DNA from: Camelus dromedarius
Taxonomy: Eukaryota
DNA length: 64,000 bases
Reading direction: 5' to 3'
Assembly (NCBI RefSeq): GCF_036321535.1
Contig: NC_087436.1
Span: 106,022,001-106,086,000, forward strand
Part shown: one piece after another, positions 49,666-61,112 of the stretch
Layout: every line of letters begins with the position of its first letter
Position numbering within the stretch: the stretch's first letter is position 1
Position numbers and translations under genes: made by a program
The notes under the pieces: generated by a model
The model's database searches: none
Told to the model about the DNA's origin: nothing
Seen by the model: the letters and a program-made list of their open reading frames with translations, nothing else

Positions 49666-51833
49666 AAAAACCTTGACTGATATAGATGGAGTGGAATATT
49701 TTACGTAAGGCAAAGGGTTGAAAAATGGGTTTCCTTTAATCTTTAAAGTTAAAGAAAATCTATGTGTTTGTGCCGTATCTGCCCCTGCCCTTACTATCTG
49801 TAGGTGGGTGCATCAAAAATCTCTCTCTTTCACTCTCACACACACACCTCAGTATTTACTCCCTGATGGCAGGAGTGCTTCTGACATCCTGCAGTTTGAG
49901 AAGGCACGTGAAACCCTGCTCCCTGGGCAGGACAGGCAGTGGCTACCTTCACTTCTGCAGAGCGGAGCCGTCAGAAGTGAGCATGGGACCAGTGCGGAAT
50001 GCAGAGTGTAGTTGAAAGGCATCCTGCCAAAATGTTTTCCAACCGAATGGTAGAGATTGAAGCAAACCCAGCCCTGATTGGATTACCATAGCCCCAGAAG
50101 CACTTTAATCTCAGCTGCTGCTATTTGGAGTGGGGAGGGAGTTGGGGCGGGGGGTGGGGTGGGTGATGATTGAGATGTGTGTGCAGGGGAGGCTCCTGGT
50201 GGCTTGGGTCTCCCAGCACTGGGGCTGGCTCAGGGGATATGAAACTGCTTGCCGCAGAGATGAAGTGAGGGATTCTTAGGTCTGGGTCTGTTGATACCTT
50301 CCCCTCAATTTGGGTTCTGTTGTATAAAATCTTGGTCAAAACAGGCTTTCATCGCACACAGCCTGGTGGCGGCAGACTGTGCATCACCGGCTGATGGTAT
50401 TCAAGGACTAAACCTCGGCCTCACGTCGGGATACAGTTTCATAATAGGTGTGTGTGTTGGAGGGAGGTGAAGGGGGAAAAAGCTGGATTGTTAGAAGAAA
50501 GAGACCCTTTCATAACTACACACAGCAAAGCAGAAGGAGAAAGAAATGGCATAGAGCATGAATGCAACAGAATAACCGGAAAACTAGTATCATCAAAATG
50601 AATAGTGTTTATCTAATCATTTACTCATGTCTAATGTTGAAGTAGTTGAAAAAATTTAAAAGCCCAAATTGGAACAAATTTGCTAGAGCTTGTGTTTTCT
50701 TAGGCCACACGGAATGAAGCAACCCTAATAGGCAGTGATTAATTACATCCAAGGTCAAAAATGGGAATAAATCAGGTTTTCTGCCTGCGTGGGGCCCAGA
50801 GTCCATACATATGGGGAGGTGTCCCGTGATTAGAGGTGAATGTCTCGATCATGAGAGAGACCAGATGACCCCGGAGAAAGGCTGGCAGGGGAGCTGAGGA
50901 CTGAGAGGCATGTTTGAATCTGGGGAGGTCCAGCCTCTGAAGGTTGAGCCTTCAGGAGAAGAGCCAGGGCAGGGATTCAGGAATGTGGTCCAAGGGGAGG
51001 TAAAGATAGAATTGCCTTGCCTGGCATTGGCATTTTAGATGAGAGATTGAAGGCTAGAAAATGGAAGGCAGAAAGAGTAACGGTGGAAACATTCTCTGTT
51101 ACCCAAAGACTTTCCCGGTAGGGGGAAATAAAGGAGGTGCGTGTGTGCTGATTTCTGGAGTGATATTTATGAAAATAGGTCAGAAAAACTGACAAGGAGG
51201 CAGGCATAGAGCTGGTTGGGACAGGAGTGCTCGTGTCATCCTGTGTACTAGGGACGTAGGAACCCGTGTGCACAAAAGCAAGTGGCAGAAGTTACCTGGG
51301 AAGCGTCAAGGTGGAAATTCCTAGCTATTATTTTTGTGGCCTCTAGCTACAAGAGCTAACAGGAGAAGATAGTCTAGAGACCCAAAGTGGGTAAAAAATG
51401 ACATTTTAACATTTTTGTCAGGTAGGCAATTTAAAAATAAACTTGAATTCAGTATATACCATTAATGCTAGAGGTTGTGTCACAACAATGCAAAAATGCC
51501 TTCTTTTCGATAGCAGTTTAAAAAAAAAGTATGTCGTCGGGGCAGGGCTAGGAACCATATACAGAAGAGGCATATGTGACTGTGACAGCAGCTGCACAAA
51601 GCTATTGAAAACGTACCACGAGCCTGCCCTCCAGAATTAACACCATAACCTGTGTCAGGGGCTCACTATTACCCTAATATCTGCTTTTGGATGCTGTCCA
51701 GTCCCATTAGCGATTCCCATGTTGATTGCTCTGTTACTCGTGGATGTTAATTGCTTCTAAATCTCTTCGGATGTTCAGATGCTTGGGGACAAAAATTCTG
51801 ACGGGCGACAGTGTGCGTTTTATTAATGTGCAA

Positions 51834-51846
51834 GTAAACAGGAAAT
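51834..51846 (+). promoter_or_regulatory. FOX:ETS composite motif GTAAACAGGAAAT
   Basis: Exact composite, with AP-1 (51875) and a CAGCTG E-box nearby in repeat-free sequence. Confidence 0.35.
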
Positions 51847-52534
51847 CTGTTTAGCGACCCTGGTGAGGTGTCTGTGACTCAAGATGTCATAAACAGCTGA
51901 TGTGGCATCTTTCTTTGCATGTGTGTTGTATGTTGGTGGTGTGATAATAGGGAGGCAATGAGCTTTCGGTGATAGCTGCGTGTTTGTCCAAAATGCATGC
52001 TTGTAGGTATGGTTAGATAATCCGGTCCTTCCCTCTGGGATTCCTTCTTGCTTCGTAGGAAATGACCTGGCTGCCTTTGAGATAAGCTGATACTTAGAAA
52101 GTGGTATGAAATCAGGAGATGTAAAAATACATCTGGCCCATCCCCTGTATGTTGAACTCCCTAGGTTCCGAGCCAGAAGGAGCCATGGAAATAAGCTACT
52201 TAAGCTTTCTTATTTTACCATTGGGAGACAAAGCCTCTGGAGGGTGAAGGGGTCAGCGCCACAGAGCAGCCCGCAGTGGTGCTGGACGGAGAACAAGGTT
52301 CCCTGATCCTTGGCCCAGTGCTCGAGCCATCCGGAGACTGGAAAATGATACAAATGGGTGTTTATTATATTTTTTCAGGAACATTTCATCGAGTATTTGT
52401 GGAATTTTTTTTTCTCCCTTTAGGTGGAAAAATCTCTTATGATCTAGTTTTGAAATATATTTATTAGTAATTATAATAGTGTCCCAGTGAGATTAAAAGG
52501 AGCCACAGGGGAAAGCAGAACACCCGGTTCCACA

Positions 52535-52980
52535 TGTGATTCACTCGTTCAGCCAATATTTAGGTGGCATTTTGACCCGAGGATTTAGTGGTGGACAAAA
52601 AATGCCTCATGGATTTTTACTGCTCTCAGGATATCAGTTTTCGTGGAGCCTATATCCTCGTGGGGGGAGGGGCATAGGAAAACAAGGGAAGGGATGGACC
52701 ACATAATGTTAGCTTGTGGTGAGCTTTGTGAAGACAGAGGAAGAACAGTTGGAGCCTGACAAACAGCAGCTATATTTGATAGGTGTTCAGGAGAGACCTC
52801 GCTGAGCAGGTACATGAGCAGAGATCACGGAAATACCTGCAGCAAGTTTATCCCAAAAGGAGGGAACAACTGGGGACGTGAAGGTCCTGAGTTTAGGTAT
52901 TTGGAGAGAAGCAAAGAGATCAGGGGCTGCAGAGGTGAAGACAGTAGGAGAGGGTATGACCCTCAAATTATGGGCTTTGG
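52535..52980 (-). mobile_element. L2 3' fragment
   Basis: 'tcactcgttcagccaatattta...tgctctcagga...tcaggagagacctcgctgagcagg'. Confidence 0.6.
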
Positions 52981-55520
52981 GAAGACTCTGGGGCAGACGC
53001 TTTGAAGGAAAAACATCTTTTAGCATTTCTGTAACTCCAGGTTGTATGGCTCATACACAGAGCCCAGACTCATCTTTTTTGAGAATATTCCCCAAAGGAG
53101 CCATTCTTTTGGGACTGGTGTCTGTGACTCACCAGGAGTGTCCAGAAACCATCAAATTTTTCCAGAGAGTTTTAGATCAGAATGCTTGTCACTATAACTC
53201 AAATTACTGAACCATAAAATTATAAGTTTCTTGATGATGGGGCCTGTGTCATACACGTTTTTGGTCCTCCAAAAACCACATGGAGTGCTAACCTTATACA
53301 TAGTCAGAACCCAGTGAATACTGGTTATTTGGTCAATGCGTGAGTCAATGGCCTGAGAGTGGCAGAAAGGATGGGGTGTCCTAGAAAGGACTGTTAAAAA
53401 TATACCCTTCTAAAAATGCTGTTAGCGAGATTACTTCTGAAGCTTCTGACTTCCTTGGAATAATTTTTAAAGACAAGTCCATATGCTGACATGTGAACAT
53501 AAGTACATATATAACAAACTGAACAGTAGTAACATTATTTTCAGGCCAAATTTTAGTTGGTTGATTGTATGTTGTCAATCTAATTTTTCCTCCTTGTTTG
53601 AACTGGATATAGGAAGCTTTCTTTCTTTCTTTCTTTTTTTTTTTTTTTTGTTATTAAAGGAATATTGGTCTCTGGGCTCTTTGGACCAAGGGGTTACACT
53701 CAGCCCTGTCTTACCCGGGGAAGTATGTGTTTAAGATATTCAGATTGTGGTGGAATTTTCTTGGGAAATATCAGTCCCCAAGGCAAAGACGGGTGGGCAC
53801 GTTGCATTCTGACAGGGAAGATGAAAGATGTGATTCTTGCCCTCCTGTTACTGAATTCTTTCACTATAACAGACCAGTAATTGATTCTCCTATTGCATTT
53901 TTGTATCCCCATCTGCAAAGTGGGGGTAACGCAAACTTACCCTCTGCCTTTCAGGTTTTTTGCGAAAATCAGTGAACTAATATTGGTAAAATTGGAGCCC
54001 CATGGATGAAGGGTACTTTGTAAGTATAACACATTATTGTCATGTTCTGTTCTGTTACTCCAAAGTGCACATATCAGATGTCTGTTCTTGCTGTATTAGG
54101 AAATCAGTAACACCAAGTTTCACACCCAGATATGGATAATGTGACTTCCTTTGAAAAATTTAATATTTCTGAACTCTCTAATGATTTGTTAATATGTTGG
54201 ATGTAGAAAAGCCTGACCCCACCCCACCCCAAATATTCAGTCAATGTTTACTAGACAATTTGGAAGAATACATGTGTGCATATTGTGTTTAAAATGTTGT
54301 TATAAACCCTGAATATGAATGCATGGTATCTTTATTTCTCTTCCTTCACCGCTCTCTCCCTTTCTTTCTGATTTGCATTTAACTCTGTGTTTTGAGGAGT
54401 CCGTTTGTGTCTCAAAGCAATGGTTGGTTTCGGGGAGACACTGAATGTTTCGCTGAAGTCAGCAATGTTTTGTTAATGGTGAAACTGAACCAGACATCTT
54501 TTAGACAAGTTGCTAAGTATTATGTTTCCAGACTTGGGGTGGGGCAGCCGGCCAACTGCAGTGGTGAATTTAAGTGTAGATCACCCTTCCCTGGCCATGT
54601 GATGGCCCAGGTGACTTGGGAGTGGCCTCCTGTCCACGGAATGACCAAGGGCTGCAAGCCACAAAGCTAGAGAGCGGGCAGAAACTGTGTAATCCCCAAA
54701 GCAACTGCTTCAGCTGATTTTCTCTGCTGCACGGGACATATTTTAATTTTGCTAGGACAACCAATGGTCTGGTGTCGTAACGAACAGCCGTAGAATGGCC
54801 AACCACATGCCTAGCTTAACCCGTGGTCTGTGCATAGTTGAAGGGTGGCCATCACCCTTTAAAGACTCCAAACATAGAGAAACTTAAAAATGATTGTGAC
54901 TGCTGATTGAAGCCCATTTTATTGATTCACCCTGAGATTCACGGGGCTGTAAGGTCTATATCTGGGAAGGTCCATGCACATCTCATCTCTAGTCCTAGTT
55001 CTTGGCCAGTTCTGAGGATGCCACCTGATGGGTGCCCAGGCGCCCCCAGAGGCAGACCTACTACCTCAAGATGCAACTCTCAGTTACAGCATTCTTTCTT
55101 GAATTGAACCCAAATCTACCCACTCCGTATCTTCCACACTTGGATCCTAATTTTACTATCCACTCCTACAAAGCACCAGGCTTCCTTCTCCAAAGTGACC
55201 CCTTTCAAGTGTTTGGTGGAACTTATTGGGTCTCCTGTAAAGTGGTCTTTGTCTGCGACCCTTCCCTCCGCAGGCAGAACTTGTCTGCCAAGACTTCCCA
55301 ACTCTGTACCCTCTGGAAGGTTCTCATTGTCTATATCTTTCTTAACAAGCAGTACTGAGAGTCTCCCTTCTGCAGGCCCCATTCTGCATCTCAGAATCAA
55401 GAGATCTAATCAAAGGTCTGGAAGAGAATGACCTCGAAGGAATCATCTGGAACCATGGATGCCCATGGATGGGTTTGCGTCATGACACAGCAAAGCCCAC
55501 GTCCCTGTGTGAGGTGCAGA

Positions 55521-55530
55521 TGATTGACAG
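55521..55530 (+). promoter_or_regulatory. PBX-MEIS/PREP decamer TGATTGACAG
   Basis: Exact consensus match, with further CTGTCA and TGTTTAC sites within 300 bp. Confidence 0.35.
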
Positions 55531-56099
55531 GGAGAAAGTTGTTTTGGTTAATAATACAATCTGCTTGCCTCCTGGAGACACAGCAGTGGCCTACTAATTT
55601 GTTAGAAGTGAATTAAGGTTGTTTACCGATGTTTTAAAGTAACTGTCAGAGTGAGAAAAAAAGGTTCATCCTGGATGAGACCACTCACCTCCTTGCGAGT
55701 TGCTGTTTATTTTAAGCCGAGTGCATAAATAATATATTGAGATACGAAGGGTGATTTCAAGCATTAGAACACGAAGCCTCCTGTTTACTAACTGTCATTG
55801 GGCTGAAGAGAATTTAAACAGCTCTGAACCTTTTTGTCTGTGAATGCAAGGCATGAAATTAACTTTCATTTCGTAGTTAGCAGAAATCATGATTAAGGCA
55901 GTCTTGTCGACGTGTCTTCTGCTGATCTGGGTCTCTTTTGCTATGCAAGATAAGTCTGGCACCAGAATGCTTCCCGTGTCTCCTTTGAAACAAGACCCTC
56001 TCCCCGCCCCTGCCCCCACCCCGGAGGAAAATAAGCAGGGGTCTGTCTGGGACACTGAGTCAGTTTGTTCTGCATGTAAAGAGAAATAGTGGAAGAATA

Positions 56100-56495
56100 G
56101 CAGGTGGGGTTCGGGGGTTCTAGTCCTGGCCACCAGTAGCCCTTTCTGAATCTCACTTTCTTCACCTGTAAAATGGGCATAACAGCATCTGTTCCCCAGG
56201 CTTCACAGGGAGACAGTGAGACCCCAGTGAGGTCCTGGTTGGGAGATGGCTTTGAAAGCCCTCAGGTGTCCTATCGGGGCAGGACCAGGCTGTGTTCTAA
56301 GTGACTTACATGTAGTAGCTCGTTACATCTGCCTGACGATGCTGTGGGACATGTACTGGGATTATCCCCAGTTCACTTCTACAAAAACTGAAGCTCAGGG
56401 ACGCAGAGGGGACTTGCACCATCATCTCACAGCTAAATGGCCGCAAATTGGGATTCAGACACTAGGCATTTGGGGGCCAGAGTTTGTATTCTTAG
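56100..56495. mobile_element. Tail-to-tail MIR(+)/MIR(-) pair
   Basis: 'tttcttcacctgtaaaatgggcataa' is followed by 'aaaactgaagctcaggg..cacagctaaatggc'. Confidence 0.7.
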
Positions 56496-57849
56496 TTATT
56501 TCTTATTTGAGAGAAGGAGCCAGGTTTTCCTCCATAGGATTATTCCTCCTGGTCTTGCTCAATGAAACATCATTCCTAAGAGCCTGGACCAAATTTAGCT
56601 TGAGAAAATGAAGGTATGGCTTCTCCGTGAGTACCAGCCAGGAGGAGTCCCATTGGGTAGGGATGTAGGGATTAACTATGTTTTATGTGCAAAGAGCCTG
56701 GTGACACTTAGATGAAAAGCCCAAAGCTCAAAGACCTATTACTCGGAATGCTTTCAGAAACAAGAAATTTGATTTACCTTTTGTCCCTGTAAACTGGAAA
56801 GTGTGATAGCCTATTTCACAGTATAGGGAGAATGTTAGAGAATGAATAGAAAATGTATGGAATGTTTAATTTTGCATGATTACATTTCATATTTGCCGAG
56901 GTAACTGTGGCAAATAGAAGTGCATGATAATATCCCAGCACACCTATTTGCCATGCTTTGATGAAATACTCTGGGTTTTACAGTCTGATATATGCACCCC
57001 TTGGGACAAGTCCTTATTAAGCAGATCAACAGGAATGTATTTGGGAAATGTATTCACATCGTTGAAACTATGTAATTTGTATAACTGCTTTTTTATTTGT
57101 ATTTTACTTTATATTTATTTGAATTTCAAAAGAGGAAAGAGCCTAAAGCGATTAATGAAATCTAAAGTGATAAGAATTTGCAGACCTTTCCCCCTGAAAT
57201 ATGCTGTCAGGAGTGGGTTCACACTTAAAAGTTAGAGTGGCCAGAGGTGGGGGGGGGGGTGTCTAATTTGCCTTCGATTTCTGAATGAAGCAGTTCCAAA
57301 ATAAGATCTTTTCCCTCATCCCAGAAAAATGGACAGACCCATGAGAAGGAATCAGCTGAGGGAAAGACTAAATCGTGCAGTTCCAAATTGCAAAAATCTC
57401 AGCCATTGCTGCTGTGCCTGAGCACTTGTTAATACAATAAGATAATTGCATAATTAAATACACTATGGAATTTCAATAATTGGAGACTTTGTTTTCTCAT
57501 CCCAATATGCCACTGGCTGGTGTCGGAAGGCAGTGTTTTACGGAGGCTGGGATCATTCTTTCTCGTCACGTCCTCTGCAGTGTACTGCGGCTCCTCTGGC
57601 CGTTCTGAGACACTTCCCTTTCAGGTTATTTTTAGGTGGTTATATTTAGGCAAGGTGAAATTAAGCAGGAAGTCCCCCAAAGTCGGACTTGGCTGTGGGA
57701 GTTGAGGATCACTTTGCTAAAAGCATCCCTGGTGCCCTCTCGATCTTTCTAGGTAATAATGGGTGAAAAGCAAGCTGGAGATGAGTGCTGTCTGGGGATG
57801 GGTCACACTCCTGAGTCATAAGTGTGAGACGGCTTAGAGGAGTCACTGA

Positions 57850-58068
57850 GAGGGCAGGTTCCAGAGCTGAGCTCCTGGGTTCAGACCCTGGTGTGGCCTC
57901 TTACCTGCTGTGCGGCCCTGGGAAAGATATTCAATCTCTCCTGTGTGCTTATCTGTAAAAGGAGCTTCTGAGCCTGGTTGCAAGGCTTAATTGAGTTAAT
58001 AGACAGAAAGAGCTCTGGAAATACCAGGGGGTTGTAAGCACCCGGTACATGTTAGCTAGTGTTATTAG
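57850..58068 (+). mobile_element. MIR SINE
   Basis: 'cctgggttcagaccctgg...ttatctgtaaaa...aattgagttaata'. Confidence 0.75.
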
Positions 58069-58280
58069 GCAATCCGGGTGGAAATCTCATAGTCATCTGA
58101 ATGTGGCAAATCTTTGAGGGGGAACAAATAAGTAGATTTATGGTTTCATCCATTCCAGGAATATTTATTAAATACTTTATCTATCACCATCCTGGGTGTC
58201 AAAAAAGCAAAGATGAATAATATTCATTCCCTGCCCTGAAATGGTTCAATTGAACTGAGAGAATAGACGTGCCGATAGAT

Positions 58281-58324
<44 letters not shown>
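58281..58324. repeat. (ATG/GAT)n microsatellite
   Basis: Read directly. It explains the poly-Ile in ORF 58199-58477. Confidence 0.95.
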
Positions 58325-58628
58325 AAAAATCATAGCATTAAAGCAGTGTCTGTCTGGCAGATGGTGAAGTATTTTAGCAGGGACTGGTCTGTCCTCATAG
58401 TGTCCCTGGCACCTAACACAGAGATGAATACTGGAATGACAGGAATTTGGTTTAAGATTATTTTGTCTGAGAGTCAAAGTGGTTTATTAGCACAGAATAG
58501 GTTCCTAGCTGCGTAGGCACTTAGCATGTACCTGGGACTCAGTACTTGACTGGTGAATAAATGCATGGATAACATTGACTTTGAGCTTCCTCTCTTTAGG
58601 ATTACTGCAGTTTGCTAATGTGGAGTAT

Positions 58629-58802
58629 GAGGGCCTGGCTAGGGTGAAGCAAATGAGACACCGCCAGTGCAAAATTTAAGGAGGTGCTTACTCTCACAGT
58701 TGTGCCAGTGCCCTGAAGGCACTCACCCTCAGGGTCCTACAGCTGCTTCCTTAAATTTTGCACCTTAGATGCCTCAGTTTCCTCACCTTAGTCCAGGCCC
58801 TG
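58629..58802. mobile_element. MER96-like palindromic hAT MITE
   Basis: Termini agggcctgg.ctagggtga and tcaccttagtccaggccctg. Internal IR gtgcaaaatttaagga / tccttaaattttgcac. Confidence 0.8.
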
Positions 58803-58844
58803 ATCACTGTGCTTCATTTGTATGCATGTTTGAATGTTTCCCTC

Positions 58845-58960
58845 TGATTTTATTTTGAAAAATTTCAAAGCTACAGAAAAGTTGAAAGAACAGTAAAAAG
58901 GACACTGCACACCTTTTACTTACATTCATTAATTGTCACACTTTGGCCACAGTGACAATA
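58845..58960 (-). mobile_element. L1MC-like 3' end fragment
   Basis: 'ttttattttgaaaaatttcaaagctacagaaaagttgaaagaa'. Confidence 0.65.
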
Positions 58961-59628
58961 TCTCTCTCTGTAGATGTGACTTTGAACTTTGTGCTAATTC
59001 ACCAGAGAAATCAAGTACCCTCCACATCCGCCCACCTTTACTGCATGTAATGTTAAATTTGCTTCCTAAATTGTACATCTCAACATTAAACATTTTGGAA
59101 GAAAAAGCCAAAAAGGGCATAAGAGAACTTTGCTTAAATTTTTTTCAAGTTTAAAAACTGCTGCTTGAAACTTATTTTTAGACAGTATACTACTAACGTA
59201 TTTAGAACACGGCCAATGTAAGATGCCCCAAATTTTAAAAGGTTAGAAAGTTTTCCTGGATACTCTGATATTTTCTGGATGCTTTCACAGAAGAGAGAGT
59301 TTTTTTAAAAGGCAAATTTCCTTGACCATTATTTTTCTGAGAACCTTTTAAAAGTAGATGGTGGTCCAAGTACTCATACAATGAGATCACCGTTTTCCAT
59401 GTTAAGAATAGTCACTGTAAGGAGTGACTTTGCAAGTATAATATAGGGGCTATTTATAAATTTGGTGATATGCTCTCAAATAAAAAGGAATACATGCTTG
59501 ACTTTGGATTATACTGATGAACTTTCATGAAAAAAACCCTTTTCTGATAATCTTGAATATTTGTAAAAAAAAAAAATGAGCTGTCACTGTAAATGTGTGG
59601 CAAAATCTGCCAGAAGATTACGTTATTT

Positions 59629-59865
59629 CAGTGGTTTTGAAAACACTCTCTGTGAAGCGTAGGGAGTCTGGGGAAGGGCCTCAGGACCACCGTGGGTGGC
59701 ACTGGGGCTGAGGGAAGGGAGTGAAGCCAGCACTGGAATCCAGGCACTCACTCCTGTTCAGTCAGGATAGCTCTGATATTATGTGCTTTACCTTGGCCTC
59801 TGCCTGAGAATCCGTTTTCAGGAAAGTGTGCTAAAACTGAAAAGACAGAGTTTGGAAATCATAGC
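59629..59865. mobile_element. Old hAT-Charlie MITE (family uncertain)
   Basis: Termini cagtggttttgaaaac ... agtttggaaatcatag. A related terminal fragment lies at about 7356-7440. Confidence 0.5.
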
Positions 59866-60049
59866 CCTGGTGGCTGGAAGATAAAAGTAGGGAAAATGCC
59901 ATGCGGAAATGTTGGTTGGCAGTGAGAAACGATAGCTGTCAACTTGCAGGTGGGAGAGGTCAGAAAAACCATGAAAAGCAGACACAGGATCTAAAACACA
60001 GGCGTTGTTTAGGAGGATCAAGCAGGGTCAAATGCGCATACACAGCCTG

Positions 60050-60195
60050 CGGCGGTGATTCTGAAATTTGAGTGACTCCTGGTCCTTAACCCAGAGATTT
60101 TGATTCAGTAGATCCAGGGAGGGACTCAGGTGTCTGATGTTTTTAACAGTCACAGGAATTGTCCTAAAGTCACGTCTGTAGTATAGAATATTGCC
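60050..60195. mobile_element. MER5A-like fragment
   Basis: 'cccagagattttgattcagtagatccaggg..gactcagg..tg.ttttttaaca'. Confidence 0.65.
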
Positions 60196-60469
60196 ATGAC
60201 TGGAGCTGTAAAAAAAAAAGTTACATTCAACCGAGGATGTGATCTTTTTTTAAATTCAAGGAAATTTTAGGGATGATTTCTTTCCAAAATGCTTAAAATA
60301 GGAAAGATTGTCTTGATTAACAGAAGGGGAAAGACACACAGGTAAATAATTATAAAGTAGGCTTTTCTAGGTCCAGTGGGAGAAGGAGGAAAGTTCATGT
60401 CTCTCCGGATGCTGTGATGGGTTCTTGGAAGAGGGACCTCTGTGGTGGGGCCTCACGGCCCAGCAGGAT

Positions 60470-60680
60470 AAGCACAGGCTGCAGAGTCAGATGGACCTGG
60501 ATTTGAATCCTGACTCTTCTGCTTAACTAGGTGAGGACCTTAGGAAAATCACCGAATCTCTTTAAGCTTGGGCTCTCCTCATAGGGTAAAAATGGAGATT
60601 ATATTAGATGATGTATTTGAAGGCCTGAACACAGGGCCTGCCAAGTAATAGATGGTCAGTAAGTGGTTGTAATTACTATT
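60470..60680 (+). mobile_element. MIR SINE
   Basis: 'gagtcagatggacctggatttgaatcctgactct...gaccttaggaaaatca'. Confidence 0.8.
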
Positions 60681-60929
60681 CTATTTGACATGGACTGTAA
60701 AATGGGGAGGCTTTCAAGAGGGCAGGAATGAGAGCATCTTGTCTACTGGGTCTGGTTTTGGTTTTTGGATGGGGTGCTGGAGTGGGACCAATACAGCATC
60801 CCTGAGAAGAGCAAAAACACAAGCAGATCCTGAGTTAAGAGAGGGTGTAGGCTGGTGTGCCTTCAGTGCTCCCAATAGTGGTGTTCATGTGGAAGGTTCT
60901 AGATGAAACTAGAAATTTCCTACCAGTAT

Positions 60930-61112
60930 TTTGCAACTATTAACTAATTTAATCCTCAGAGTGACTCTATGAAGCAGGTATTCTTATTTAGCAGATCATA
61001 AAGCTGAGGCACAGAGAGGTTAAGTAACTTGCCCAAGATCACAGAGCTAGTAATGACAGGGCCAGGATTTGAATGCAGTCAGCATCTGCACTTCTAACCT
61101 CTACGTTATGCT
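60930..61112 (-). mobile_element. MIR SINE
   Basis: 'ctgaggcacagagaggttaagtaacttgcccaagatcacagagctagta'. Confidence 0.88.

Noticed and set aside
51405..51427. Recursive splice site (tttttgtcAG|GTAGGC)
   Set aside because: The reconstituted donor is weak and the pyrimidine tract is modest. Sequence alone cannot support it.
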